Below, in pieces: positions 8,726-19,614 of a stretch of 64,000 nt of DNA. The notes beneath the pieces are model-generated. The model made no database searches, had not been told where the DNA came from, and saw only the letters and a list, made by a program, of their open reading frames with translations. The position numbers and the translations under genes were made by a program. How positions within the stretch are numbered: position 1 is the first letter of the stretch; each line of letters begins with the position of its first letter. Source of the stretch: Candidatus Dormiibacterota bacterium (lineage in GTDB: Bacteria; Chloroflexota; Dormibacteria; DASZGP01); contig DAITAT010000001.1 of assembly GCA_036824145.1 (NCBI GenBank), forward strand, positions 42,427-106,426. Reading direction: 5' to 3'.

Positions 8726-10165
8726 ATGCAGGTCAGCCTCGAGCATCGGCCGGGATCGGTGGTCGAGCTCTCCATTGAGGTGCCCACCGAACAGGTCGAG
8801 CGCGCCATTCAGCAAGCCTTCGACCGGCTCAGTCCCAGGGTTCGCGTTGCCGGTTTTCGGCCCGGCAAAGCGCCCCGCGAAATCCTCGAGCGCGAGATCG
8901 GCTGGCCGGCGCTGCGCGAGCAGGCGATCGACATCATGGTGCCCGAGGCGCTGACCCAGGCGGTGGCCGATCACCAGCTCCACGCGATCGACAATCCCAA
9001 GGTCGAGATCGAGTCTTTCGAGCGGCTCCAGCCCGCCAAATTCCGGGCCCTGGTCACGGTCAAACCCGAGGTCGAACTGGCCGATGCTCTGGCGATCAAG
9101 GCACCGCTGCAGGAGGCGCCGGTGGGCACCGACAAGGTCGACGCCGCCATCGACGAGATCCGCGAGAGCCTGGCCACGCTGGTCCCCGCCGAGAATCGCC
9201 CCGTGCGGGAGGGCGACCACCTGGTCGTCGACCTCGAGGTGCGCAAGGATGGGGCTGCGGTCGACGACCAGCCCACCGAGAACCTGGAGCTCGACGTCCA
9301 CGCCGAGAACCTCCTGCCGGGTCTCTTCGACGGCCTCAACGCCATGAGCCAGGGCGAGAGTAAGGAGATCCCGGTGCACCTGCCTGACGACTATCGCCGG
9401 GCCGACCTGGCCGGCCAGGACGTGGTCTTTGCGGTCACCGTCAAGGAGATCAAGGAGCACCAGCTGCCCGAGATCGACGACGAGCTGGCCAAGCTCAGCG
9501 GCGCCGGCCAGACCATCGCCGAGCTCCGCGAAAGGGTGGAGCAGAGGTTGCGGGCGGCGGCTGAGCGCGACGCTGTCTTCGCCCAGCAGAAGGCGGCCCT
9601 GGACGCGCTGATCGAATCGTCCAAGTTCGAGGTGCCCGAGGTGATCGTCGACGACGAGGTGGAGCGGGACATCCGCAACCTCGACATCAGCCTGGGCCAG
9701 CAGGGTATCGACTTCGAGAAGTTCATCGAGTTTGGCGGCGCCGACCTGCAGCAGCTGCGCCAGGAGCGGCGCCCAGGCGCCCGCGATCGGGCCGCGCAGG
9801 AGCTTGTGCTTGACGCGCTGGCCGAGCAGCAGGGCATCGAGCCGAGCCAGGCGCACATCGACGCCGAGGCCGACCGCGTGCTCGAGGGCAGTGATGACGC
9901 AGAGCGGCTCAAGTCGTCGGACCGCGTCCGCGCCTACGTCGGCGAGCGGATGCGGCTGCAGTGGGCCTTACTCTGGCTGGCCGCCACCGCCCGGGGCGAG
10001 TCGTGGTCGCCGCCCGAGCCTGGGGTCGGCGACGAAGACCCGGGAGCCCTTGCGGCCGCCGACGAGCTGATTGCCGATGAGCCGGAGCCGGCGGCGGCCG
10101 CCGAGAGCGCGGCTCCAGAGCCAGAACCCGAGCCGGCACGAGCCGACGGAATGACGGAGATCTGA
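8726..10165 (+). CDS. tig: Trigger factor
   Basis: N-terminal ribosome-binding signature GFRPGKAP, PPIase-like middle; acidic C-terminal extension; upstream of clpP-clpX. Confidence 0.9.
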   Translation: MQVSLEHRPGSVVELSIEVPTEQVERAIQQAFDRLSPRVRVAGFRPGKAPREILEREIGWPALREQAIDIMVPEALTQAVADHQLHAIDNPKVEIESFERLQPAKFRALVTVKPEVELADALAIKAPLQEAPVGTDKVDAAIDEIRESLATLVPAENRPVREGDHLVVDLEVRKDGAAVDDQPTENLELDVHAENLLPGLFDGLNAMSQGESKEIPVHLPDDYRRADLAGQDVVFAVTVKEIKEHQLPEIDDELAKLSGAGQTIAELRERVEQRLRAAAERDAVFAQQKAALDALIESSKFEVPEVIVDDEVERDIRNLDISLGQQGIDFEKFIEFGGADLQQLRQERRPGARDRAAQELVLDALAEQQGIEPSQAHIDAEADRVLEGSDDAERLKSSDRVRAYVGERMRLQWALLWLAATARGESWSPPEPGVGDEDPGALAAADELIADEPEPAAAAESAAPEPEPEPARADGMTEI

Positions 10166-10196
10166 CACAGGTTGGTGAACACTGGCGACCAGCGGC

Positions 10197-10940
10197 ATGG
10201 GAGTCAAAGGGACGGTGAGTAATATGGATCCCATGGAGCCAGTCAGGGACTACCTGGTCCCGATGGTCATCGAGACCACCAATCGGGGCGAGCGCGCCTT
10301 CGACATCTACTCGAGGCTGCTCAAGGACCGGATCATCTTTATCGGCACCCCGATTGACGACCAGATCGCCAACCTGGTGATGGCACAGCTGCTCTTCCTC
10401 GAGGGTGAGGACCCCGAGAAAGACATCAACATCTACATCAACTCGCCCGGCGGCGTGATCACCTCGGGGCTGGCCATCTACGACACCATGCAGTACATCA
10501 AGCCGCGGATCAGCACCATTTGCATGGGCTTGGCGGCGTCGATGGCGGTACCCATCCTGGCCGGCGGCACCAAGGGCATGCGCTTTGCTTTGCCCAACAC
10601 CCGGATCATGATCCACCAGCCCAGCGGAGGCTTCCAGGGCCAGGCGGCCGACATCGAGATCCAGGCCCAGGAGGTGCTCTTCCTCAAGGAGCGCATCAAC
10701 GAGATCCTGGCCAGCCACACCGGCCAGCCGATTGACCGCATCAGCCAGGACTCCGACCGCGACCGCTGGATGAAGCCCGAGGAAGCCCAGGATTACGGCA
10801 TCATCGACGACATCATCCAGCGCCACGAAAAGGCCGAGGAGATCCAGGGTTTGCTCGACGGCAAGCTTGAAAAGGACCCCAAGCTGGACACCAAAACGGG
10901 CGAAAAAAGTGGCGAAAAAGCGGAGCCAGCCAAGGCTTAA
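10197..10940 (+). CDS. clpP: ATP-dependent Clp protease proteolytic subunit ClpP (true start probably 10224-10233; charged C-terminal tail)
   Basis: [24 protein letters not shown]; catalytic Ser context GLAASMA; His context MIHQP. Confidence 0.9.
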   Translation: MGVKGTVSNMDPMEPVRDYLVPMVIETTNRGERAFDIYSRLLKDRIIFIGTPIDDQIANLVMAQLLFLEGEDPEKDINIYINSPGGVITSGLAIYDTMQYIKPRISTICMGLAASMAVPILAGGTKGMRFALPNTRIMIHQPSGGFQGQAADIEIQAQEVLFLKERINEILASHTGQPIDRISQDSDRDRWMKPEEAQDYGIIDDIIQRHEKAEEIQGLLDGKLEKDPKLDTKTGEKSGEKAEPAKA

Positions 10941-10967
10941 GCGGTAGGGTGGTCTGGTGACACAAGT

Positions 10968-12254
<1,287 letters not shown>

Positions 12255-12308
12255 TCCTCCTGGCCTGAGGAGGCCTCTGGAGCCGCTAGACCTTAAGCTT
12301 TACGCCGT

Positions 12309-14957
12309 ATGGCGGCGGAGATGGACAAAGCCTGGAAGCCCCAGGAGGTCGAACGTGAGCTCTACCGACAATGGGAGGAAGCCGGGCTCTTTGTAGCCGA
12401 CAACAAATCCGACCGACCGCGTTTCAGCATCGTCCTCCCCCCGCCCAACACCACCGGCGAGCTGCACCTTGGCCACGCCACCAACCACTCCCTCCAGGAC
12501 ATCTACTGCCGCTATAAGCGGATGCGGGGATTTGAGGTTCTGTGGTTGCCCGGTACCGACCACGCCGCCATCGCCACCCAGAACGTGATCGAGAGGCAAC
12601 TGGCCTCCGAGGGCACCTCCAAGGAGGAGCTGGGCCGCTCCGCCTTCGAGAAACGGGTGGCGGCCTGGTACGAGAGCGTGGGCAAGGCCATCCTCGACCA
12701 GGAGCGGCGCTTGGGCCTTAGCCTCGACTGGTCGCGCCTGCGCTTCACCCTCGACGAGCGATACGTGCGCGCTATTCGCGAAGCCTTCGTGCGCCTCTTC
12801 AACGACGGCCTTCTCTACCGTGGTCCGCGGATCGTCAACTGGTGCCCGCGCGATCGGTCATCGATAAGCGACCTCGAGGTCGAGTGGCGGGAACACGAAG
12901 ACCCGCTCTACTACATCCGCTACGACTTGGTCGACGGTGACGGCCACCTGGTGGTGGCCACGGTCCGACCCGAGACGATGCTTGCGGACACGGCGGTGGC
13001 CGTCAACCCCAAGGATGAGCGCTACCAGCGGTTCATCGGACGCAAGGCCTGGCTCCCAATCGTCGGCCGCGAGCTCGAGGTGGTTGGCGACGAGGCCGTC
13101 GACATGAAGTTCGGTACCGGCGCCTTGAAAGTCACGCCGGGCCACGACGCGATGGATTACGAGATCGGCCAACGGCACGGCCTCGAGATCCTCACCTGTA
13201 TCGACAAGAAAGGCAACATCACCAGCGACGACTGGGTCCCCGACACCCTGTGGACCCTCGACGCGGCCACCGCCCGCGGCCGCATCGTGACGATGCTCAA
13301 GGAGCGCGACCACCTGGTCAGGGTCGAGCCCCATGTCCACTCCGTGGGCCACTGCGACCGGTGTGGCGAGATCATTGAACCACTCGTCGACGAGCAATGG
13401 TGGTGCTCGATGGAGGAGCTGCGTGACCCCGCGGTCAAAGTGGTCGAGGAGGGGAAGGTCGGCTTCGTCCCCGAGCGCTGGACCAAGGTCTACCTCGACT
13501 GGATGGCAGGCCTGCGCGACTGGAACGTGTCGCGCCAGCTCTGGCTAGGGCACCGAATCCCGGTCTACTACTGCGGAAAGGATCACACCTTCGCCTCGGT
13601 TGAGGAGCCGATCAAGTGCCCGGATTGCGGCGATCGCAAGCTGCGCCAGGATCCCGACGTCCTCGACACCTGGTTCTCCTCGGCACTGTGGCCCTTCGCG
13701 ACCATGGGCTGGCCCGAGAAGACCGACGACCTGGACGCGTTCTTTCCCACCGACGTGCTTGGCACCGCCCGCGACATCCTCTTCCTCTGGGTGGCGCGAA
13801 TGATCATGACCTCACTGCGATTCACCGGCGAGATCCCCTTCCACACCGTCCTCATGCACGCCACCATCCAGGCCCCCGACGGCCAGCGGATGAGCAAATC
13901 CAAGGGCAACGGCGTCGACCCCATCCAGATGATCGACCGCTACGGCGCCGACGCGGTGCGGGCCTGGGCCGCGGCGGTGGGGCTGCGCGGCCAGGACGTG
14001 CGCTTTGACGAGGAGCTGATCCGCTCCTACCAGCTCTTCGCCAACAAGCTCTGGAACGTCGCCCGCCTGGTACTGACCAACGTCGACGGCGTAGCGGTCC
14101 AGCCGGTCGGCGCGCTGGCGGAGCGCGACTGCTTCGACGCCTGGATCCTAAGCCGTCTCGACGCCACCGTCGTGGAGGTGACGGACTCGCTGGAGCGCCA
14201 TCGCCCGGGTGATGCCATCACCGCGATCTACGAGTTCGCCTGGCACGAGTTCGCGGACTGGTACCTGGAGGCCGCCAAGCCGCGCTTCCGAGCCCCCGCC
14301 GACGACCCCGGCCATGTCACCGCCGCGTCGACCGCGCTCCACGTCCTCGACACCACCCTGAGGCTGCTGCATCCCTACATGCCGTTTGTGACCGAGACGG
14401 TCTGGCAGAGGCTTCCCGGCGAACGGCCGGCCATGATCGCCCGCGACGCCGCCGCCTGGCCCGAGCCAGCGGGCCTCGCCGACGCCGGCGCCGATGCCGC
14501 CATGGCGACGATGTTCGAGCTGGTGCGGGAGCTTCGGGACGCGCGCAAGGCCATCGGCGCCGGCGCGCGCGAACGCGTCCCTGTCACCGCCTCTCGGGTG
14601 GCGCCGGATTCTGCGGCGACGCTGCTGGACGGCGACTGCGGCCGGACGGCGATCGCTTGGCTGGCGTCGATCGACTTCGTCGAGGAGCTGCCGGCGCCGT
14701 CGGTGCGCACCCTGGTGGTGGCTGGTCTCGAGGTCGCGGTGAGCCCGCCCGAGCGCTCCAGCGGGCCCGCTGACCACGCTGCCCTGGAGCGTGAGCTCGA
14801 TGCCGCGCGGGCTAATATCGCTAGGCTGGAAGGTCAGTTGGCCAACCAGCAGTTCCTCAGCAAGGCCAAGCCCGAAGTGGTCCAGCAGGCCCGGGACCGC
14901 TTGGCCGCGGCCCAAGAGCGACTCGCCACCCTGGAGGACGCCTTCTCACGTGCTTAA
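12309..14957 (+). CDS. valS: Valyl-tRNA synthetase
   Basis: HIGH-type motif TGELHLGHA, KMSKS motif, C-terminal coiled coil; 882 aa. Confidence 0.95.
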   Translation: MAAEMDKAWKPQEVERELYRQWEEAGLFVADNKSDRPRFSIVLPPPNTTGELHLGHATNHSLQDIYCRYKRMRGFEVLWLPGTDHAAIATQNVIERQLASEGTSKEELGRSAFEKRVAAWYESVGKAILDQERRLGLSLDWSRLRFTLDERYVRAIREAFVRLFNDGLLYRGPRIVNWCPRDRSSISDLEVEWREHEDPLYYIRYDLVDGDGHLVVATVRPETMLADTAVAVNPKDERYQRFIGRKAWLPIVGRELEVVGDEAVDMKFGTGALKVTPGHDAMDYEIGQRHGLEILTCIDKKGNITSDDWVPDTLWTLDAATARGRIVTMLKERDHLVRVEPHVHSVGHCDRCGEIIEPLVDEQWWCSMEELRDPAVKVVEEGKVGFVPERWTKVYLDWMAGLRDWNVSRQLWLGHRIPVYYCGKDHTFASVEEPIKCPDCGDRKLRQDPDVLDTWFSSALWPFATMGWPEKTDDLDAFFPTDVLGTARDILFLWVARMIMTSLRFTGEIPFHTVLMHATIQAPDGQRMSKSKGNGVDPIQMIDRYGADAVRAWAAAVGLRGQDVRFDEELIRSYQLFANKLWNVARLVLTNVDGVAVQPVGALAERDCFDAWILSRLDATVVEVTDSLERHRPGDAITAIYEFAWHEFADWYLEAAKPRFRAPADDPGHVTAASTALHVLDTTLRLLHPYMPFVTETVWQRLPGERPAMIARDAAAWPEPAGLADAGADAAMATMFELVRELRDARKAIGAGARERVPVTASRVAPDSAATLLDGDCGRTAIAWLASIDFVEELPAPSVRTLVVAGLEVAVSPPERSSGPADHAALERELDAARANIARLEGQLANQQFLSKAKPEVVQQARDRLAAAQERLATLEDAFSRA

Positions 14958-15405
14958 GAACCTAGGCTCGCTGCTGATCATCCTGGGGATCTACTCGGTC
15001 GTCCTCTACCTGGCGATCGCCTACTGGGCCCTCAAGGATGCCCGCGAGCGCTCCGATTCGTGGGGGCTGCACTACTTCGCCCTCTTCATCAACCTGCTGC
15101 TGCCCCTGCTGGGCCTGCTCATCTACCTGCTGGTGCGGCCCGGCACCACGATGGTCGAGCGGCGCGCCCTCGAACTGGAGTCCCAGGCCCTGGCCCTGAC
15201 TGACGGCGAAGAAGGCCAACGGCCGTGTCCAGCCTGCGGGCGGGACATCGAGAGGGACTTCATCCTCTGTCCTTACTGCCAGTCGCGCTTCGCCAAGCGC
15301 TGTCCTTCGTGTCAGAAGTCGGTCAGGCTCGGGTGGAGCCTCTGCCCTTATTGCGCGACGAGCCTGGAGATGGGCAAGGTCTCGCGCGCCGCCGGTCTGG
15401 ACTGA
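14950..15405 (+). CDS. Membrane protein with C-terminal double zinc ribbon
   Basis: GTG at 14950 overlapping valS stop; two TM helices then CPACG...CPYC...CPSC...CPYC. Confidence 0.45.
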   Translation: MLKNLGSLLIILGIYSVVLYLAIAYWALKDARERSDSWGLHYFALFINLLLPLLGLLIYLLVRPGTTMVERRALELESQALALTDGEEGQRPCPACGRDIERDFILCPYCQSRFAKRCPSCQKSVRLGWSLCPYCATSLEMGKVSRAAGLD

Positions 15406-15440
15406 CTCTCACCCTCCAGGTCCTTGGCCCAAGCCTGGTC

Positions 15441-17096
15441 GTGGGGGCCTTCGCCCTCTGCCTGTTGGTATGGCCGCGGGCATGGCTTTTCCTCCTCGGT
15501 GAGGTCACCGCCCTGGCGTTGCTGGGCCGGCTCTGGGCTCTGACCGGCGCGGGACCGCTGTCGCAAGCGATATACGAGCCGCTTTCGGGGGTGCAGCTGA
15601 CCTACCGGGTCGAACACCTGGGCCTGCTCTTCGCCATCACCGGGGTGGCCATGGGCCTGCTGCTGACGCTGCCGTGGCTGGCGCGACCGCTGGCCCGCAC
15701 CGGCAGGCGGGGGGCCTGGGTGCTGCTGGCCCAGTTCGGGATGCTCAGCGCGGTGCTTGCGGGTGACCTTGAGTCGATGGCTGCCGGCTGGGCCATTGCG
15801 GTTGGCGGCCTCACGCTCCTCTGCCTGCTGCAGCGCCGCGTGGCTCCTCCCATCGCGATGGACGGTCCGGCTTCCCGGTTTGTCGCCATCCAGGCTTCCA
15901 CCGCGGTGCTCCTGCTGGCCGGAGCGGTGGCGGCGGAGACCAGTGCCGGCACGGGCGCTTTCGATTCGATCCCGGTGACCGCCTTCGATGTACGCGCCGT
16001 GGTCCTGCTGGCCGCGGCACCGGTGACGGCGCTGCTCACGATCCAGCTCCTCTGCCAAGCCATCCACCGCCCGCTGCTGGCGGCGCTGGCGGCGTCCAGC
16101 GTGCTGATGCCGATGTCGGCCTACCTCCTCACCCGCCTGTATGACCTGTGCGGCGGGCGGCTGCCCGACAGCCGCGTGAACGCCGCCCTGGTCCTGGTCG
16201 GCGGCGTGACGGCACTGGGATTTGCCCTGGCTTCGGTCTGGGCCGTCGACCTGGGTGCGGCGGTGGCGCGACTGGGGCAGGCCGCGGCGGGCCTGACACT
16301 GGTGGCGGCGGGGGCCGGCACCGGGGTCGCCATCGCGGCATTGGAACTGGCCCCGATCAGTCTCGGTCTGGGATTGGCGGCGCTGCTGGCCATGGTCCAG
16401 GCCGGCGGCGGCCGCCTGCCGTCAACTTCGGGGGGCCGATGGAGTTCGGTGATCGTGACGGCACCCGCCCTGCTGGCGATCGCATGGGCGGCAGGGTTCC
16501 CGGTTGGCCTCGCCGCGATCGAGCGAGTGGCTTCAGCCAGCGCCGGGGTCGACGCCGGAGGGCTGCTCACGCCGGCCGCCGGCCCCGCGATCCTGGCGCT
16601 ACCCGTGATGGTGCTGGCGGCATACGCCTGCGGGCGGTTTGGTGGGGGTCAGCGCCCCGCCCCCGAGGCTCGCCTGCGACTGGCCCTACTGGCGGTCGCG
16701 CTGGGCGCCAGCAGCCTCGCGCTAGGCCAGTTGGAGCCGCTGAGCGCGGGCTTGGCAGCGGCCGTGGTCAGGGTGCCGAGTGCCGATCTCCAGAGCACGC
16801 TCGGCTCGCTGGTACCGGGAACCCAGGTCTCGATCGGCCTCACCGCCCTGACCTTGGTGCTGGTCCTGGCGATCGGCCGGATGCGTGGGACGGCAATCGA
16901 CCAGGGTTTCCCGGGCGCGGTTGAATCGCTGCCGCCGCGTCTGGCGGTCGCGCCCGGCATCTACGGGATCCGTTTCGCGTCGGCCGCCAGGCGTCGAGGT
17001 CTGACGCTGGCGGCGATCGCCCGCCGGCACGCTTTTCTCAGCGGACTGGTGGTCTCCGCCGCGGCCGCTGTCGCCGCCAACGCGATGGTTCGATGA
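15441..17096 (+). CDS. Ala/Leu-rich polytopic membrane protein A (start uncertain; ATG 15225 would overlap previous gene)
   Basis: At least 10 hydrophobic segments; stop overlaps next start (ATGA at 17093). Confidence 0.45.
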   Translation: MGAFALCLLVWPRAWLFLLGEVTALALLGRLWALTGAGPLSQAIYEPLSGVQLTYRVEHLGLLFAITGVAMGLLLTLPWLARPLARTGRRGAWVLLAQFGMLSAVLAGDLESMAAGWAIAVGGLTLLCLLQRRVAPPIAMDGPASRFVAIQASTAVLLLAGAVAAETSAGTGAFDSIPVTAFDVRAVVLLAAAPVTALLTIQLLCQAIHRPLLAALAASSVLMPMSAYLLTRLYDLCGGRLPDSRVNAALVLVGGVTALGFALASVWAVDLGAAVARLGQAAAGLTLVAAGAGTGVAIAALELAPISLGLGLAALLAMVQAGGGRLPSTSGGRWSSVIVTAPALLAIAWAAGFPVGLAAIERVASASAGVDAGGLLTPAAGPAILALPVMVLAAYACGRFGGGQRPAPEARLRLALLAVALGASSLALGQLEPLSAGLAAAVVRVPSADLQSTLGSLVPGTQVSIGLTALTLVLVLAIGRMRGTAIDQGFPGAVESLPPRLAVAPGIYGIRFASAARRRGLTLAAIARRHAFLSGLVVSAAAAVAANAMVR

Positions 17097-17656
17097 CGGC
17101 CGCGCAGGCGGCCGAGCTGGCGCTGTCCTGGCTGGCGCTCCTGGCGGCCATCGCTGCGGTGCTGTCGCCTCAGGTCTCGCGTTGGTCATGGGGCGCCGCG
17201 GGGCTGCTCTTTTCGGTGTGGCTGGCTTTGATGGCGCCGGTGGGCATCGGCGCCGCCCTTGCCGCCGGCAGCCTGATAGGCCTGTTCCTGGAGGGCGACG
17301 GTGAGCTGGCTGAGCCCGATTTCACACGCCTGACGCGGCGCCTTGGCCTGCTGCTGGCCGGGTTCGCGGCGGCGGTCGTGGTGATGGTGCGCGTCGCCCA
17401 GGTCGACCCCGGCGATACGCCCTACGTGTTTCCCGCCCTGGCCACCGGGATCGTGGCGCTGATCGCCCTCACTGCCGCCGTCGGGCAGGCGGAGATCCAG
17501 CGGGGCGCGCGTCTGCTGCTGGTGCTGGCAGCCGTCGGCTGGACCATCGCCACCGCCGGGACCCAGCCTGCCGCCGCCATCTTGGCCGGGGCGGTATTGC
17601 CGCTGCTGGCCCTCACCGGGAGGCTCGGGCCGCCCGCGGAAAGCCCGATCCCATGA
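17093..17656 (+). CDS. Ala-rich small polytopic membrane protein B (187 aa)
   Basis: 4-5 hydrophobic segments; ATGA overlaps at both ends (17093, 17653). Confidence 0.5.
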   Translation: MTAAQAAELALSWLALLAAIAAVLSPQVSRWSWGAAGLLFSVWLALMAPVGIGAALAAGSLIGLFLEGDGELAEPDFTRLTRRLGLLLAGFAAAVVVMVRVAQVDPGDTPYVFPALATGIVALIALTAAVGQAEIQRGARLLLVLAAVGWTIATAGTQPAAAILAGAVLPLLALTGRLGPPAESPIP

Positions 17657-18900
17657 ACCTGGAGGACCTCAATCTGGCGGCGCTGCTGGCGGTGCCGGCG
17701 GTGGCCGCGATCGCGTGCCGGCTCCGACCCGGCTCGGCAGTGCCCTTCACCGGGGTCGGTCTAGTGGCGGGCGCCCTTTTCCTGGCGATCCTGCCGGTCG
17801 ACCATGAAGCTGGCGCCGCCGGGCTGACGCTGGCGGTCAGCGGGTTCGGCAAAGGAGCCCTGTGGCTGTCGATGTTCGGCGTGGGCCTGGCGGTGCTGGC
17901 TGTCAACCCTCGACCGGGGGCAGATGGCGCGATCGCCTGGTGTGCCCAGCTGCTGGCTACCGTGGTGGTCGCGGCGCGATCGCCACTGCTGCTGCTGGCG
18001 GCGCTGCTTCTCCTGGCTGTGCTCCTGCCGCGCCTCGAGCCTGATCTTGATCTCGGCCTGTCGTGGTCCCGCCGAATCTCCGCGGGCGCGGTGCTGGCCG
18101 CGGCCGCGCTGACCGTCACCGCTGCCACGCATCTGCCCGTGTCGGAGCACGCCACCGCGGTGCTGCTGGTGATCGGCTTCATGGTCCTGCTGGGCGCGAT
18201 GCCCTTCGGTGTCGGGCTGCGAGAGTGGCTGATGCACGCCCGGGCTCGGCTGGCGATCCTCGCCGCCACCTGCCTGCTGCCGGCGCTGGTCACCGCGCTG
18301 GTCAACTCGCTGGGGGCTCTGAGCCAGCTCCACCTGGCGGCGCCGGCCGGCCTCGTGATCGCCGCCTTTGGTGCCCTCACGCTGCTGGTCGGGGCGCTCG
18401 CCCAGCTCGGCGCCGCAGGCTGGCGCGGCCTCGCCGCCGATGGCGTCATCGCCGACCTCGGCCTGGTATTGGTGGGCGTCGGGGCGCTCGACATCAACGG
18501 CCTCGAGGGGGCTTCGCTGGCGCTTCTGGTGATGGCGCTGGCGCGACCCTTCCTCTATCTCCTGGAGGAGATGGCGATGTCCGGGGCCTGGGCCTGGATG
18601 GGCGCCGGTGCGGCCCTCTTCACCGCCGCTGGCCTGCCGCCGACGGTGGGTTTCGCGGCCCGGCTGCTGGTGCTGGGATCGGCGTTCCATCTCCATCCAC
18701 TCCTGGCGGCGGCGGTGGTGGCGGGCGTCGTCATCGAGGTCTTTGCCTCGGCTCGGCTGCTCCTGCGCCTGGGGATTCCCCTGGTCGGGCCCGGACCGCG
18801 AACCGGCGTGGTCCCGGTGGCGTTGGCGGTCACGATGCTGGCCCTGGTCGCCGGGTTGGCTCCCGGCGGGGTTCTCACCTACGTCTGGAACCTTGGTTGA
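17653..18900 (+). CDS. Ala-rich polytopic membrane protein C with degenerate complex I / Mrp antiporter-like (Proton_antipo_M-like) C-terminal signature
   Basis: AAGLPPTVGFAARLLVLGSA resembles the conserved laGiPPlaGFfgKf motif of NuoL/M/N/MrpD; about 12 hydrophobic segments; stop overlaps maf start. Confidence 0.5.
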   Translation: MNLEDLNLAALLAVPAVAAIACRLRPGSAVPFTGVGLVAGALFLAILPVDHEAGAAGLTLAVSGFGKGALWLSMFGVGLAVLAVNPRPGADGAIAWCAQLLATVVVAARSPLLLLAALLLLAVLLPRLEPDLDLGLSWSRRISAGAVLAAAALTVTAATHLPVSEHATAVLLVIGFMVLLGAMPFGVGLREWLMHARARLAILAATCLLPALVTALVNSLGALSQLHLAAPAGLVIAAFGALTLLVGALAQLGAAGWRGLAADGVIADLGLVLVGVGALDINGLEGASLALLVMALARPFLYLLEEMAMSGAWAWMGAGAALFTAAGLPPTVGFAARLLVLGSAFHLHPLLAAAVVAGVVIEVFASARLLLRLGIPLVGPGPRTGVVPVALAVTMLALVAGLAPGGVLTYVWNLG

Positions 18901-19504
18901 CCGAGCGCCCCTGATCCTCGCGTCGGCCTCGCCGCGACGGCGGCAGCTGCTCGAAAATGCCGGACTCGACTTCGTAGTCGACGTATCGACCTTCGACGAG
19001 GACCGCGTTCGCCACCTGCCCCCTCGACTCCAGGCGCTGCTGGCCGCCCGGGGAAAGGCGCTCGATGTGCACCGCCGCCACCCTGACGCGTGGATCGTCG
19101 GAGCCGACACGGTTGTGGCACTGGAGGGCGTCGCCTTGGGCAAGCCCCGCCACCCACACGATGCCGCGCTGATGCTGCGCTCGCTTTCAGACCGAGATCA
19201 CTTTGTTCACAGCGCTCTCTGCCTGGTGGCCCCCGATGGAAGGCGGGCCTCGGCGCTGGCCTCGAGCCAGGTTCGGTTGGCGCGTCTGACTCCCAGCCAG
19301 GTTCGCGCCTACGTTGCCGGTGGCGAGCCGCTGGGCAAGGCTGGGGCGTACGCGATCCAGGGCCAGGCCGGCGAATTCGCCCGGGTCGTCAGGGGTCGCC
19401 GGGACACCGTCATCGGCCTCTCGATGAGCCTGCTGGCCCGGCTTCTGCGCCAACTCGGTCATCCGGCCGCGAGAGGCCTCTCTGATAACCTCGATCCCTC
19501 GTGA
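18893..19504 (+). CDS. maf: Maf-like nucleoside triphosphate pyrophosphatase (septum formation protein Maf)
   Basis: LILASASPRRRQLLENAGLDF... and GAYAIQG motifs; TTG start overlapping preceding gene. Confidence 0.85.
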   Translation: MVDRAPLILASASPRRRQLLENAGLDFVVDVSTFDEDRVRHLPPRLQALLAARGKALDVHRRHPDAWIVGADTVVALEGVALGKPRHPHDAALMLRSLSDRDHFVHSALCLVAPDGRRASALASSQVRLARLTPSQVRAYVAGGEPLGKAGAYAIQGQAGEFARVVRGRRDTVIGLSMSLLARLLRQLGHPAARGLSDNLDPS

Positions 19505-19614
19505 GCGTGATTGACTGCAACCCGCAAATCCGGGTACCCGCCCACGCTTCGTGGGCGTGGGTGTGATGGGTTGCGGGCTACCCCGAACCCCTTCTTAGAT
19601 GAGTGTGATTGACT
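19505..19614. repeat. 12-bp direct repeat G(C/T)GTGATTGACT, two copies 98 bp apart, flanking a GC hairpin (19540-19556) in the maf-mreB intergenic region
   Basis: gcgtgattgact at 19505-19516 and gtgtgattgact at 19603-19614; hairpin gcccacg-ctt-cgtgggc between them. Confidence 0.45.

Noticed and set aside
12255-12308. Short hairpin (cctcc..ggagg) after clpX as terminator
   Set aside because: Only a 5-bp stem and no U-tract. valS likely co-transcribed or separately promoted; too weak to call.
15225-15440. ATG at 15225 as start of membrane protein A
   Set aside because: It would overlap the double zinc-ribbon gene by 180 nt. An in-frame GTG at 15441 is just downstream of that gene's stop; start left uncertain.
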